From Felis catus (taxonomy: Eukaryota): a DNA stretch of 64,000 bases. The notes under the pieces were generated by a model. The model was not told where the DNA came from. It did not search any database and saw only the letters and a list, made by a program, of their open reading frames with translations. Shown here one piece after another: positions 31,550 through 46,790 of the stretch (the first letter of the stretch is position 1; every line of letters starts with the position of its first letter). The position numbers were made by a program, and so were the translations under genes. The DNA lies in contig NC_058373.1 in the NCBI RefSeq assembly GCF_018350175.1, positions 106,704,001 to 106,768,000 of the forward strand, read 5' to 3'.

Positions 31550-32296
31550 ATTTTTTTTTTAGTGTATTTATTTATTTTTTAGAGCATGCACCTGAGTTGG
31601 GGAGGGGCAGAGAGAGAATCCCAGGCAGGCTCCACACTGTCAGTGCAGAGCCCGATGTTGGGCTTGAATTCAAACCGTGAGATTATTACCTGAGCCAAAA
31701 TCAAGAGTCAGACGCTTAACCAACTGAGCCACCCAGGCACTTCTCAAATTAGAATTTTAATGAAATGCTTACTTGGATTGAATTTCCTAATTATTTGTTA
31801 TCAAAAATACGTGAGGTGTGGCGTCTAGGTGGCTCAGTCAGTTAAACGTCCGACTTTGGCTCAGGTCATAATCTCACAGTTCATGAGTTTGAGCCCCACA
31901 TTGGGCTCTGTGCTGACAGCTCAGAGCCTAGAACCTGCTTGGGATTCTGTGTCTCCCTCTCTCTCTGCCCCTCCCCCTCTCATGGTCTGTCTGTCTCTCT
32001 CTCAAAAATAAACATTAAAAAAATTTTTAAATAAAATACGTGAACTAATTTAGGAAAAACTTTGTAGTATACATTTTTTTTATTAAAAAAATTTGTTAAC
32101 GTTACTTATTTTTGAGAGACAGAGAGAGACAGCATGAGCAGGGAAGACACAGCAGAGAGAGACACAGAATCTGAAACAGGCTGCAGGCTCCAAGCTGTCA
32201 GCACAGAGCCCAACGCAGGGCTCAAACCCATAAACTGTGAGATCATTACCAGAGCTGAAGTCGGATGCTTAACCGACTGAGCCACCCAGGAGCCCC
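31550..32296. mobile_element. Three CanSINEs (31550-31742 -, 31815-32030 +, 32074-32296 -)
   Basis: SINE bodies with TSD-like flanks (TCAAATYAGAATTTT; AAAATACGTGA; TGTAGTA..ATTTTT). Confidence 0.9.
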
Positions 32297-32814
32297 ATGT
32301 AGTACAAATTTTTTAATGAATAATCATTTTTTTCTTTTTCATAGGAAGTATTCTACATTTTTAATCTTTTCATCCAGTTTGAATTAATGTTTATTATATA
32401 ATACTATGCCACTTTAAAAAATACCTGAGGCTTGACTCACATTTGAAGTAATAAATAACTTAGCAGTAAGGTAGAAATTATACTTTATTATCAAATCAGT
32501 TACATTCAGCCAAGAGTGTGTCATAAAGTATTCCTGGTGGGGCTGGGGGGGCAGTGGTAAAGAATGCAGTAACATTTCACACACATCTGATTGGCAGAAA
32601 TATAAAAGTTAGACATTACCAAGTACTGGCTGGGGTATGAGGAACAGGAATTTTCTGGAATTTGCTGGAAGGGAATATAAATTCATACAACCACCTTGAA
32701 GGGTAAACTAATAGTCTGTAGTAAAGTAAAGATACACATATCCTATGGCCTAGGGATTCAGTTTTAGATTCCATAGTTCTAATTAGATTCTAATTGTGGA
32801 GAAACTCTTGCACA

Positions 32815-33327
32815 TGTGTTCTGGGGGTTCCAAAGGTTACTAAGGTTTGATTTACTAAGAGGACTCACAGAGCTCAGTGTATATTTGTATTCACAGCTAA
32901 GGTTTATTACAGCAAAAGGCTGCAGAACAAAATCAAGAAAAGTTATATGGGGTAAGACATGGTGCAAGCTTCCAGATGTCCTCTCCCGATGGAGTCACAC
33001 AGAACATGCTTAAGACCCCACGCACATGTTGTCACAACATGTGTGGTATGGTGACTACCAGTTATTTGGGCTTTTACTGGGGCTTTGTCATGTAGGCACC
33101 TTCTGCCTAACATGTACTAAAATTCCAGACTCACAGAGGAAAGCAAGTATTCAGTATAAACTGCATTGTTTGCACAAACTGTTTCGACACAATGAGACTT
33201 TTATCAGGGAGAATGGTGAGGATTCTTCTGAAATACAAGTTCCCAGGTGCCAGCCATCAGCCAGTTTTGTAAGCAGGACTTTCAAAGGGTAGCAGTCAGT
33301 TCTCCTGTGTTAACTCTTTACTGCACA
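32815..33327 (-). mobile_element. MER21-family-like LTR inserted in an old L1 fragment (~32580-33600)
   Basis: ggactcacagagctcag...ggtttattacagcaaaagg...gcttccagatgtcctctcccgatggagtc resembles MER21 LTRs as recalled. Confidence 0.6.
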
Positions 33328-33993
33328 ATACGTTGTGTAAGCAGACTTGCACAAAGATAATTTCTGCAGTATTATTATATAATAGAGAAAAATTAGAACA
33401 ATATGGATATAGTTATTAACATGGAAATGAATATTCAAATTTAGCTATATTCATACAATGAATTCTCAACCACAGGTACAATTAATGACTTTTAAGCTAT
33501 TTGCAGTCAACATGGTCAAACCTCAGAGACATAATGTTGAGAGAAAACTAATTTCTGAAGGTTTTGTACAAGTGTGGCAGGTAGCATTGTATGTAAATTT
33601 TAATACCACAAAACATCTTTATATGTGTGTTTATAAAAATGTCCAAAATGCTTTAAATAATGTGAAGTTGGCTTTTATACATTTAATATTTATCCTACTA
33701 TATTTAACATGTATTTAGGATTTTATATAACATAGGTTCTAATCTGTTGTTTCTCTGAAAAATATATCCTTGAATTTTTATGTATTATCACCTATAAATT
33801 TTCTCTTCTGACCCTGTTCCTATAAAGACCTTAATTTAATGCCTCCTAATATGCAATGAATAATTGTTTCTATTCTTGACATGAAGACAGCATGAAAGGA
33901 GCTATGAATCAGTTCCAAGAGTGTTACCAATTTTGAAAATTCACATGGCAAAATAAAGCAAGCTTGAATATTACTTACTTTTTTTTTTTCTAA

Positions 33994-34140
<147 letters not shown>

Positions 34141-34429
34141 TAGTACATGTGTAAAATTTTACCTCTTATAGACACATCATACACTGAATAGCTGAATTTA
34201 AGAGTATCAATTAATTACCTGTGACAACACCTAAGGATTTTTAAAGTATATTTCAATTAGCACATATTGATAGGTAGACTAGTACTGATTGTTTAATAGA
34301 GCATAGTAACAAAATATTGCCAGCCCCCTTTTTGTCTGGACCTATTCTTTTTATCCCTACTTGGTTGAGCATCTCAAAAGTGTGACTCAGTAATATTTTT
34401 TCCCTATATTATATATGCATTCTCAACTT

Positions 34430-35618
34430 AATAAAAAAACCTCTTCTGATCCTTACTACCCTACCTGCTACAGCATGTTTTTCTCTTCTTTTTAAAACAA
34501 AAATTTTTAAAACAATTGCTTATAATCAAATCTCAAATTTCTTTTCTCCTATCTCTCTTCAACTTACTCTAGGTTTTTGACCCTATTACCTATTACTGTA
34601 CCAAAACTGCTCTTGTCAATGTCTCCAGTGGCTATCACATTGGTAAATCCAATGATCAGTTCTCAGACCTGGTCTTGTTTGACCTGTCTGTAGCATTTGA
34701 CACAGTCTATGTCTTCTTTTTGCTTATTTCATGGGTCATTCCTTGTCAGCCTCCTTTGACGGTTCCTTCTCTTTTCCTTGATCTCTTGACATCAGATGAC
34801 CTCAACATCAGAGTACCCCAGAGCCCAGCAGTCCTTGGTGACAACTCCATCCTTCTGGTTGCTCAGCCCCAAAACATTTGAACTTTAGTCCAGTGACATT
34901 TCACACCTGTTTACTTCTATGTCCCATATGCAGTCCAACAAGAAATCCTGTTGGCTCTGTTGTTAAGCCATATCCTATATCCTACCACTACTCATCACCC
35001 TGCTATTAGCTATCTTTATCTCTTTTCTGGGTAATTGCAGTAGTCTCCTAATTGGTCTCCCCACTTCTACCTGTGCCTCTCTCTTGTCTGTTCTCAACTA
35101 GAGTGATCTTTATAAAGTCTAAGTCAGATCATGTCACTTCTCTACTCAAAACCCTACAGTAAATCTTTTTTCTTTTATTTTTTTATTCAGAGTAAAAGCC
35201 AGGGCCTTGAATGGTCAGTCTCCCTATTTCCTCTTGGCCTCATCTACTACTTGAATCCTCTCAATTGTACTCACACAGTCAACTCCCTTACCACCTTCAA
35301 GTCTTTGCTCAAATGTCACCTTCTCAGTGAAGTCTACTATGGCTTCCCATATGTATTCCCACTACCATCCAGCACTCCTAGTCCTCCTTGGCTTGCTTTA
35401 CTTTTTCTTTATTTTCATAGCACTTATACCTTCAAACAAACTATGTAATTTACTTATTATTTTCATTGTTGACTGTATCCCTTTACTCTCTAATGTAAGT
35501 GTCACAAGGGCAGGGATCTCCGTTTCAAGGGGTATATCCTAAGCCCCTGGAACAGTGTCTGTCTGGCACATAATAGGCCTGTGGTAAATATTTGTTGAAT
35601 GAATAATGAATGAATGAA
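34430..35618 (+). mobile_element. L2 LINE 3' fragment
   Basis: Ends in the canonical L2 tail: ctggcacataataggc...aaatatttgttgaatgaataatgaatgaatgaa. Confidence 0.82.
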
Positions 35619-35680
35619 TTTTTTTGTCTTAGCGCAGACTGGATAAAATTGCTGGTGACTAAAAAACTTTTTCTTTAGCT

Positions 35681-35863
35681 CATTGGTTCTCAAATTCAGT
35701 TCCCCAGATTAGTAATATTAACATCTACTGGAACTTGTTAGAAATGGACATTCTTGGTCACCACCTCAGACCTCCCGAATCAGAAACTCTAGAGGAGGAC
35801 CCAGCAATCTGTGTTTTAACTGACCCACAGTGATTCTGACTCACCTAAACTTTGAGAACCTAG
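35681..35863. mobile_element. MER5A hAT DNA transposon remnant
   Basis: Terminal inverted repeats ggttctcaaa and tttgagaacc; internal gaatcagaaactct...cccagcaatctgtgttttaac. Confidence 0.82.
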
Positions 35864-37168
35864 TCTAACCTGTACAAATAGGAGAAGGCAAAAATCCATG
35901 CAAAATATTGAAGGCATTTTCATTGCTTCATTTAGGCTCTATTTTTAAAATGGGATGCTTTATAATACCTAATAATGTGGGTCCTTTATTGCTCTTTTGT
36001 GGTCTGTTATACATGTAATGTAAAGATACACTTTTCAGTGGCAATCTTTGTTTCTTTTTCATTTTTTCAGACACAACGTGGCTTAGTGCCATCTTATCAA
36101 CATTTATATGTTCTATGCTTTAAATATTACAAAGCACTTTTATTACTTAAATCTTCACACCCCTGTGTGCTAGGATTATTTTTCTTTGAAAGAGAAGGAA
36201 AAGGAATCTCCAGATAAGTGACCTACTCAAGGTTAAGTACTAGCACCTGGTAGAGCCATGATTTTAAGATGGGTTTTGATGTCACATTCCATGTTCTTTC
36301 CCTGGATCCTAATACACCCTGACAGCATCGCCTTTGACTAAAGGCACTGGTAGTTTTGTAAAAATGTGTAAATAAACAACAATATTAATAATAATATAAA
36401 CAGTGACTTCGTGCATCCTCTTCAAGGGATTCCTTCTAGGAAAGTAATAAAAATGTGTTTAAAATTCATGCAATAAAATAAAATAAAATTCATATAAAAA
36501 CATTCATAATATTCATTTTATCAACATATATTTGTTGCATACCTGCTGTGTGCCAAGTAGTGGTTTAGGCACTGCAGGTATAATAGTAACCAAAAGATAG
36601 CTGTTGTATGGAATTTACATTATAGTTGGAGGAGACAACAACTGAATACATAAATCTGTATGATAATGAGGATGTTATTATAATTAAAAAACTGGAACAG
36701 GAAAATAGTTGAATCAGTTATGGCATATCCATACAATAGAATAATGTTCTCATAAAGTAGGATACAAAACTACTGTATATACTATATAATTCCAGTTTTG
36801 CGTTTTGCCCTCTAAAAAAATGTTTATATTTAAAAAAACTTTAAGTGTGATTCAACCTCAACTGTACATACCTATAGTCTTTAAAAATTTTGGTTATAGT
36901 CAATTAAATTGTTTTGCCAGTTTCTAGTGGCATCTCTATGATTTATTTTAAAATAGTAGCACTATTTTTCATCTCTATATGCAACAACAAATTGCTAAAG
37001 TACTAATAAGTTTGAGTGAAGGTGTAGCTCTTGAGTTAAAGAGGTTTTTTTTTTGCATTTTCCATATTTTCATTATGAGAATCCAATCCATGGGCATATA
37101 CAAAAGTAGTTGCTTTTTTCTATGTAATAAGTACTCATAAACTCAAGTACTTTTTATCTCATCTTTAG

Positions 37169-38206
<1,038 letters not shown>

Positions 38207-38536
38207 TAATTTATTTTGATTATATACAAATTGTAACTGGCAGAAAAATGATTTTTCAAATAACCTAGAAGGAGGAACTTTTTCTAATTGTAAAAAATAA
38301 TCACTTTCCTAAAAATGAAAAACAAATGCTTGGTACGTATAGTGATTATATCAAGAGTACTTTAATTTCTACATCCTTTTATTTATGTGGAGAACCTGTT
38401 TTTCGTATGGCTTATTGAATTTCTTCATTTTCACTTCACTCCATCATATCTCCCTGAAATATGTAGGATTTTAGTTCAATGTCTTAAGAATATTGATTGA
38501 GTAAAATCTATTTTGTCTATAAAGTGGATTTTATAA

Positions 38537-38788
<252 letters not shown>

Positions 38789-39349
38789 TAAACATTTCAT
38801 ATATTAGCCTTAAGGGATGGAAACCAGTTATAAAGTACATCACTCCATAAGTGATGGAGATATAACATTCTGGGATGGATATATTAATCATATTATTAAA
38901 GTATTTGTAGTCATGACTTTATGGCCAACATAGTACAATCCTAGAATGACTGGTTATTTACTTGTGCAAACCTAATTAAAAATGTGTGGCCATTGTGCAG
39001 TAACTGACCTATAGGATAGCCAAGTAAAGTTCATTTAATTTACTATAGCATATTTGACTAAATGGATTAGATTCCTATGCCAAATTTGAGTATCACTTTG
39101 GATTGGACTCCTAGAAGAAAAACTAATTTATAAGTGGCAAAGCATTCCTTTTGCCACCATCCATGTTTTATTTGAAGCAAATCTAACCTGTGAAAATTCA
39201 GGGAGACTCCAAATAATGACTTTTTTTTTTTAAAGAAAATAGTGCCTGGTTTCATTACATTTAAAATGTTATCAAGTATGCACAATATGAGTCAATGTTA
39301 CATGCTCATTGTAGGCTTCACACCTGGCATTGCAGGTTAGGGAGCTTCA

Positions 39350-40178
39350 CAGATGTGCTCCCAATCAAAAAGGATGAAAGTTACATTGAAAAACCATTTA
39401 AAGACTTGGAAATGGTGCTAAGAGCATATAGCAAATGAAGAAATATTTATTCAAGAGTACTAACTAAAACCCAGTAAGAATAGTGAGAGACTGCAGTATT
39501 TGAACTAAGACCCATTCCTTCCCAACTCAGCAAGACAAGCTCTGCTCGCATTGATACAGTCAAGAAGGGTTCCCTCTCACTTCAGCTCCTGGTTGGAGGA
39601 CTGTTTTCCTGGGAGAGGCAGGGCTTCAGCACTTCTTACCTTACTTCCAGCTACCTGTTGTGAGGCTAGGTTCTGGGCATGTGTGGTCAAGAGGTGAGAA
39701 CTCCTTTCTGGCCAGCCTATCTCTTTGGATGGAGGCTTTACTCTGGACTTCGTGCCACTGAGAATAACGGGGACCTGACCACCCTTACCTGCTTGGCAGG
39801 TGGAAGTTCCACACTGGGAGAGGCAAACCAGGAAGACCTGAGGTTACTGCCCTTCTTCTATGTCCTAAAGCAGAGCTGTCTCTCAGAAGAGAGACATGCC
39901 ATTATCTCACCCCCAGATAAAGAGCTCTGGCTCTCAGATTTTGCCCAGTGGGAGATGCAGATCATTAAAAAAGAGAGATCTCTACATCTCTTCCCAAAGG
40001 AAATTATTTTATCTGCAACAGTGTGGAGACATTGACACCTAAGATGCTCTCAAAAACAACGGAGCTTGTGGTAAAAAGTAATTAAGGGATTGGGGCACCT
40101 GGGTGGCTCAGTTGGCTGATGAGTGAGTTTGAGCCCCACATCGGGCTCTGCACTGGCAAAGCGGAGCCTGCTTAGGAT

Positions 40179-40220
<42 letters not shown>

Positions 40221-41770
40221 CCTCCTCTGTTCATGCTCTCTCTCAAAAATAAATAAAGCATTAAAAAAAGGTCATTAAGGGGCTATTGGTAAATTTGTTA
40301 GAGATATAAACTAAACTGTAGGCTGGGTAGATGAACAAAACCAGGGAAAGAAACCATAGAGAAGAGCCTTCCTGTGATCAAAAATAGGAGCCAAGCTTAA
40401 TTGGGTCAATCTGTGAAGCGATTTACATTGCAGGTCATTGTTGAAAACAAAGCAGCCGCCTGGCAATCATAGGAGCTTATTAGCAGCTGGGTGTGAGCAC
40501 TTGATAGATGGAGAGAGCCCTGCTAAACCCATTGCCATCTCATGGTAACTGGGGACACTCACAGGCTGCATTCCCTGAGGAACCACATCAAAGGCTTCAC
40601 ACTTGTGGGAGAGGTAGGGATTAACTTCACTAAGGTCAGTCAGCCACTCACTAAACTAAGCAAGTAACAGTAACATTATAACATTACATAACACTGAAAA
40701 CATGCAAACAAAACAAAAATAGATAAATAGGACTTCATCAAAAGTAAGAACTTTTGTGCTTCAAAAGACACCATCAAGAGAGTGAAAAAACAACTCAGAG
40801 AATGGGGAAAACATTTGCATATATCTGATAAGGGACTTGTTACTAGAATATTTAAAGAACTCTTACAACTCAATAATAAAAAAAATTTTTATTTAAAATC
40901 TGAGCAAATTATAAAATGAGCACAGGATCTCTATAGATATTTCTTCAAAAGGAGATATACAAATGGGGCAATAATAAGCCAATGAAAAGATGTTCAACAT
41001 CATTTGTCTTGAGAGAAATGTAAATCAAAACCACAATGAGGTATCACTTCATACAAGGACATACTATGATGGCTGAAATCAAAAAGGCAGATAATACCTG
41101 TTGGATGAGAATATGGAGAATTAGAACTCTCATACGGTGCTGGCAGAAATGTAAAGTGGTACAACATTCAGAAAACATTCTAGCAGTTTCTTAAATGATT
41201 AAACTTAGAGTTACCATTTGACTCAGTAAGTCCACTCCTAGGTATATACCCAAGAGAAATGAAAGCATAGATCCACATAGAAACTTGTACATGGATATTT
41301 ATGGCAGCATTATTTATGACTGACAAAGGGTGGAAACAACCCAACTATCCATCACGTGATGAATGAATAAGTAAATTGTGGTTTATCCATACAATGGAGT
41401 ATTAGTCCACCATAAAAAGGAATGAAGTACTAACACATGTTCCAACATTAACGAACCTTGAAAACATAACGCTAAGAAGCCAGTCCCAAAGACCACATAG
41501 TATATGATTCCTTTCATGTGAAATTTCCACAGAAGACAAAACTATAGAGATCGAAAGTACATTAGTGTTTGCTTATGACTGGGAGAATGAAGGGATAGGA
41601 GGGTGATAGCTAAAGAGTACAAGGTTTCTTTTTGAGGTCATGAAAATGTCCTGAAGTCATGGAGATAGTTGTATACATTTGAATATACTAAAAAACTACT
41701 GAATCACACACTTTATATGAGTAAATTGTATGGAAATGTGAATTATATCTCAATAAAGCTATTTTTAAAA
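39350..41770 (+). mobile_element. Old L1-derived sequence (clear ORF2/3' end at 40690-41770; upstream part tentative), with SINE at 40092-40270
   Basis: ggacttcatcaaaagtaagaacttttgtgcttcaaaagacaccatcaagagagtg... through gtgaattatatctcaataaagct. Confidence 0.75.
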
Positions 41771-42074
41771 AGAGCCTATTGTGTGATTGTCCAACAACTA
41801 GGATTTATGACTTAGGCATTGTTGAGGCCAGATAGGGTGAAGGAATAGAAAAGGAAACGAAATAGAAGTAGCTGAGATTTTGTCATTTGGGTCATTGAAT
41901 GAATGGCTATCATTTCAAGCTTATTCAGAGAGCTACCAAAGAGAGGTGATTCTTGATTCTGAAGACAAGCAACTCATGTGTACGTTTTAATACACCACTT
42001 TCTGTTTAAGTTTGCCTAAGCACAATGGAATTTTTTTCTAAGTTTATAAATAAAATGTAATGACCTGAACATAA

Positions 42075-42377
<303 letters not shown>

Positions 42378-42982
42378 AGCCCATTTTGACTTGTAAACGT
42401 ATTGTCACCACATGAGATGGGTTTTTTTTTTTTTTTCCATTCTAGAAAAGTAACAATGTGATTCCTCATAACTTCACTGGACTTCTGTCTCTTCCTCCAA
42501 GTCCGATGCCTGAGAAAAGCTAAGCTCTGTAAAGTTGACTCTCTTAGCTATCTTAATGGTTAAAAAAAATCAAACTTGATCTGACATGAAAGTTAGAGCT
42601 AGTCGGCCAGTATATGTGCCCTGTGGATTGTGGTAGGCTTTAGCAAATATAAAAAACATTTGTGTAAGGTTAGATAATGAATTTTTTAATGCCTTCTTAA
42701 ATATGTGGTAGGTGACTTGCCTTATGGAAGTCAGCAGCTATGTGATTTTTACGTACTCAGAAGACACACATACGTATCAGTGCTTTTAAGTAATGGTAAT
42801 GGATCCTATTGAAAGTTGCAAAATGTATATATATTTATTTGAAATACTAAATTTTATAGTATTTTCAAACTTAATGCCGTTTTAACATTTAACATGGTCT
42901 AAGTATTTTCATATAATCTATTCATTTTCTTTTCATATACTTCAATTCAGAAACCTTAAAAGCCTTTAGTAAAATCTCTTAC

Positions 42983-42988
42983 AATAAA
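42983..42988 (+). terminator. Likely PCNX4 polyadenylation signal AATAAA
   Basis: AATAAA ~605 nt after the stop codon, followed by U-rich sequence and preceding the repeat-filled intergenic zone. Confidence 0.6.
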
Positions 42989-43134
42989 ATATTTTCTTTT
43001 CCTTTCCCTGTATCCTTTTGATATACATGAAAGAAATTGGGTTTAACTTGTTTTTCAGGATTAATAGTGTTTGGTTACAACATAATGAGTTCACTACTAG
43101 AGGGCATTCTGTTGATCTGGCTCCTTAAGCATTT

Positions 43135-43169
43135 CTTTTTTTTTTTTTTTTTTTTAATGTTTATTTATT

Positions 43170-43208
<39 letters not shown>

Positions 43209-44025
43209 CCGAAGCAGGCTCCAGGATCCGAGCTGTCTGCACAGAGCCTGAGGCAGGGCTTGACCTCACAAATTGCAAGATCACGACCTGAGCCAAAGTC
43301 GGTCGCCCAACAGACTGAGCCATCCGGGCACCCCAGGCATTTCTTTTCAGTTGAATATACTGCTTCTGAAGAATGATTTACCCAGTAGGACTAATGGGCA
43401 CTAGTGTTGTAGGTATCTGAACTAAAGACTGAAAGAAATGGTAGAAAAATTTTCATAACATCAGGATATTCATTCTTTTGCTGCTTATAGATACAGAGAA
43501 AAGATTGGTGGTTGCATGAGGAGGGTGGTGGGAGATGAAATGGGTGAAGGGGATCAAAAAGTATAAACTTCCAGTTATAAAATAAGTTAGTCATGGGGAT
43601 ATAATGTACAGCACGGTGACTATAGTTAATATTGTATCACTCATCTGAATGCTGTTAAGAGTAGCTCTTAAAAGTTTTCATCACAAGAAAAATTTTTGTT
43701 AAGTGTGACAGATGTTAACTAGACTTACTGTGGTGATCATTTCACAATATATACAAATGTTAAATCATTATGTACATCTGAAACTAATGTTATCTGTCAG
43801 CGATAGCTCAATTAAAAAAAATAGTTAAGTTGGGGCGCCTGGATGGCTCAGTCAGTTAAGTGTCCTACTTCGGCTCAGGCCATTATCTCAGTTTATGAGT
43901 TCAAGCCCCCTGTTGGACTCTGTGCTGACAGCTCGGAGCCTGGAGCCTGCTTCAGATTCTGTGTCTCCCTCTCTCTCTGCCCCTCCCCTGCTCGTGCTCT
44001 GTGTCTCTCAAAAATAAATAAACAT
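43135..44025. mobile_element. CanSINE (43135-43335 -), L1 3' end (43487-43820 +) and CanSINE (43831-44025 +)
   Basis: The first SINE has TSD GCATTTCTTTT; the L1 3' UTR has gtataaacttccagttataaaataag. Confidence 0.85.
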
Positions 44026-44409
44026 GATCAATGTAGCCAATAAAGATATTAAAACATGCTTCCAAGGTCGTCCCTTTGGAAAAACATGCATGTGGATTTG
44101 CTTTATTGTCTAATTAGATAATAATAAGATTTAAGATAAGGAATGATGAAATTTTCTTTGATCTTTAGCCTTAAGATTCACAAATCTTAATAGAAAACAA
44201 TACTGACTCTTGCTTCAGAGAATAACCTTGGAAGTTGATTAAAAATCATTATAAGGTTTTATTTTTCTATGTTTTTTTTTTTTTTTTCCTGAAGAGTGTA
44301 CCTCCTATACTTCTATGAGGCAATGGCAAACAATATTACAAATGAACGGTTAGGATGCTAAGGCAGACATAAATGTTTACTAGAGTATGGCTATTTAAAA
44401 AGATGAGGA

Positions 44410-44789
44410 CGGGGAAATACAAATCAAAACCACAATGAGATACCACCTTACACCTGTCAGAATGGCTAACATTAACAACTCAGGCAACAACAGATGTTGG
44501 CAAGGATGCGGAGAAAGAGGATCTCTTTTGCATTGTTGGTGGGAATTCAGGCTGGTGCAGCCACTCGAAAACAGTATGGAGGTTCCTGAAAAAACTAAGA
44601 ATAGAACTACCCCATGACCCAGCAATTGCACTACTAGGTATTTATCCAAGGGATACAGGTGTGCTGTTTCAAAGAGACATATGCACCCCCACGTTTATAG
44701 CAGCACTATCAACAATAGCCAAAGTATGGAAAGAGCCCCAATGTCCATCGATGGATGAATGGATAAAGAAAATGTGGTGTGTATGTGTA

Positions 44790-44849
<60 letters not shown>

Positions 44850-45393
44850 TATACATACATATATATACATATATATATACATATATGTGTATATGTGTAT
44901 ATACATATATATACATACACATATATGTACATATATATACATACACATATATGTACATATATATATACATATATGTGTATATGTGTATATACATATATAT
45001 ATATATATACATACACACACACACAATGGAGTATTATTCAGCAATCAAAAAGAATGAAATCTTGCCATTTGCAACTATGTGGATGGAACTGGTGGGTATT
45101 ATGCTAAGTGAAATTAGAGAAAGACAAAAATCATATGACTTCACTCATATAAGGACTTTAAGACACAGATCAGATGAACATAAGGGAAACAAAAATAATA
45201 TAAAAACAGGGAGGGGGACAAAACAGAAGAGACTCATAAATGTGGAGAACAAACTGAGGGTTACTGGAGGGGTTGTGGGAGGGGGGGATGGGCTAAATGG
45301 GTAAGGGGCACTAAGGAATCTACTCCTGAAATAACTGTTTCACTATATGCTAACTAATTTGGATGTAAATTTTAAAAAAAATAAAAAATATAA
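44410..45393 (+). mobile_element. Relatively young 5'-truncated carnivore L1 with internal microsatellite
   Basis: ORF2 C-terminal peptides ([29 protein letters not shown]), 3' UTR and A tail; TSD AAAAAGATG(A/T)GGA at 44397 and 45394 after a TT/AAAA site. Confidence 0.9.
44779..45024. repeat. Compound (TA)n/(CA)n/(TG)n microsatellite, ~245 bp
   Basis: Directly visible alternating purine-pyrimidine run. Confidence 0.97.
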
Positions 45394-45404
45394 AAAAAGA
45401 TGTG

Positions 45405-46790
45405 GAAAGGTCTTAACATAATAATCTAAGTTCCTACCTTAAGAAACTAGAAAAGGGCAAAATAAAACCAAAGTGAGCAAAAGGAGGAAAATAATAAAGA
45501 GTAGAAATCAATGAAATTGAAAATAGGAAAACAATAGAGAAAATTTTGAAAGCAGTGGTTCTCTGAAAATTTTCAATAAAGTTGATAGAATGAAATAAAA
45601 TCACTACAAATAGGGGCACCTGGTTGCTCAGTCAGTTAAGCATCCAACTCTTGATCCTAGCTCAGGTCTTGATCTCGGGGTCATGAGTTCAAGCCCTGCA
45701 TTGGGCTCCATGCTGAGCATGGAGCCTACTTAAAATAAAATAAAAAAGTATCATTACAAATCAGACTTTAAAAAGATAATAAAGAAATACTACAAACTTT
45801 ATATTCATCAACTTGACAACTTAGAAAATGACTCAATTCTTGAAAACCACAAACTACTAAAGCTCGACCAAAACTAAAACAGATGAAATAGACAATCTCA
45901 TCCTATAACCATTAAAGAAATTACATTTTTAATTTAAAATCTTCTGAAAAAGGGGCGCCTGGGTGCTCAGTCGGTTGAGCGTCCAACTTCGGCTCAGGTC
46001 ACGATCTCGCAGTCCGTGAGTTCGAGCCCCTCGTCGGGCTCTGGGCTGACGGCTCAGAGCCTGGAGCCTGTTTCTGTGTCTCCCTCTCTCTGCCCCTCCC
46101 CCGCTCATGCTCTGCCTCTCTCTGTCTCAAAAATAAACGTTAAAAAAAAAAAAAAATCTCCTGAAATAGAAATAATCCAGGCTAAGATACTCGGGCTTCT
46201 TTATTTTTATAAATATTTTTATACATGTTGTTGCATGTATCAGTAGGTCATTCATTTTTGTTCCATTATATGAAATAGTTCCCAGTTTGTGTGTTCCTTT
46301 CATCCGTTGATGGACATTTTGGCTTTTCACAATTTGGGAGACTATTATGTAAAAGCTGTCATGAACATGCATTTACAAGTCTTCGTATGGACCTGTTTTC
46401 ATTTCTTTTGGGAAAATACCAAGGACTAGAATGGCTGGATCATATGGGGTGTACGTTTAACTTTTAAGAAATCGCCAAACTTTTAAAAATCAATTGTGCT
46501 ACTCTACATTCCCACCAGCAGTATATGTGTATAAACTATTTCATTCATATAAAACCCTAGAAAATGCAAACAAATCTATAGTGACAGAAAGTATATCATT
46601 GGTTACCTGGGATGAGATAGGCAGGGGGAATAGTCACAAAGGGTCACAAAAGAACTTCGGGGGCTGATGTTTGCTCTCTTTTTTGAGCTAATGGTTTCAT
46701 AAGTGTGGCCATATATGTCAAAACATACCAAACTGTATACTTTATGTATACTTTAAGTGTATCAATTATACTTACATAGAGGTGTTAGAA
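45405..46790. mobile_element. Old L1 fragments in both orientations with SINEs at 45613-45745 and 45952-46156
   Basis: Sense ORF2-like A-rich sequence, an antisense block at ~46200-46530, then a sense 3' end. Confidence 0.72.

Noticed and set aside
44661..45304. Six overlapping ORFs of 92-181 aa rich in YIYI/HTHT
   Set aside because: They are translations of the stop-free TA/CA microsatellite plus L1 ORF2 remnants, not genes.
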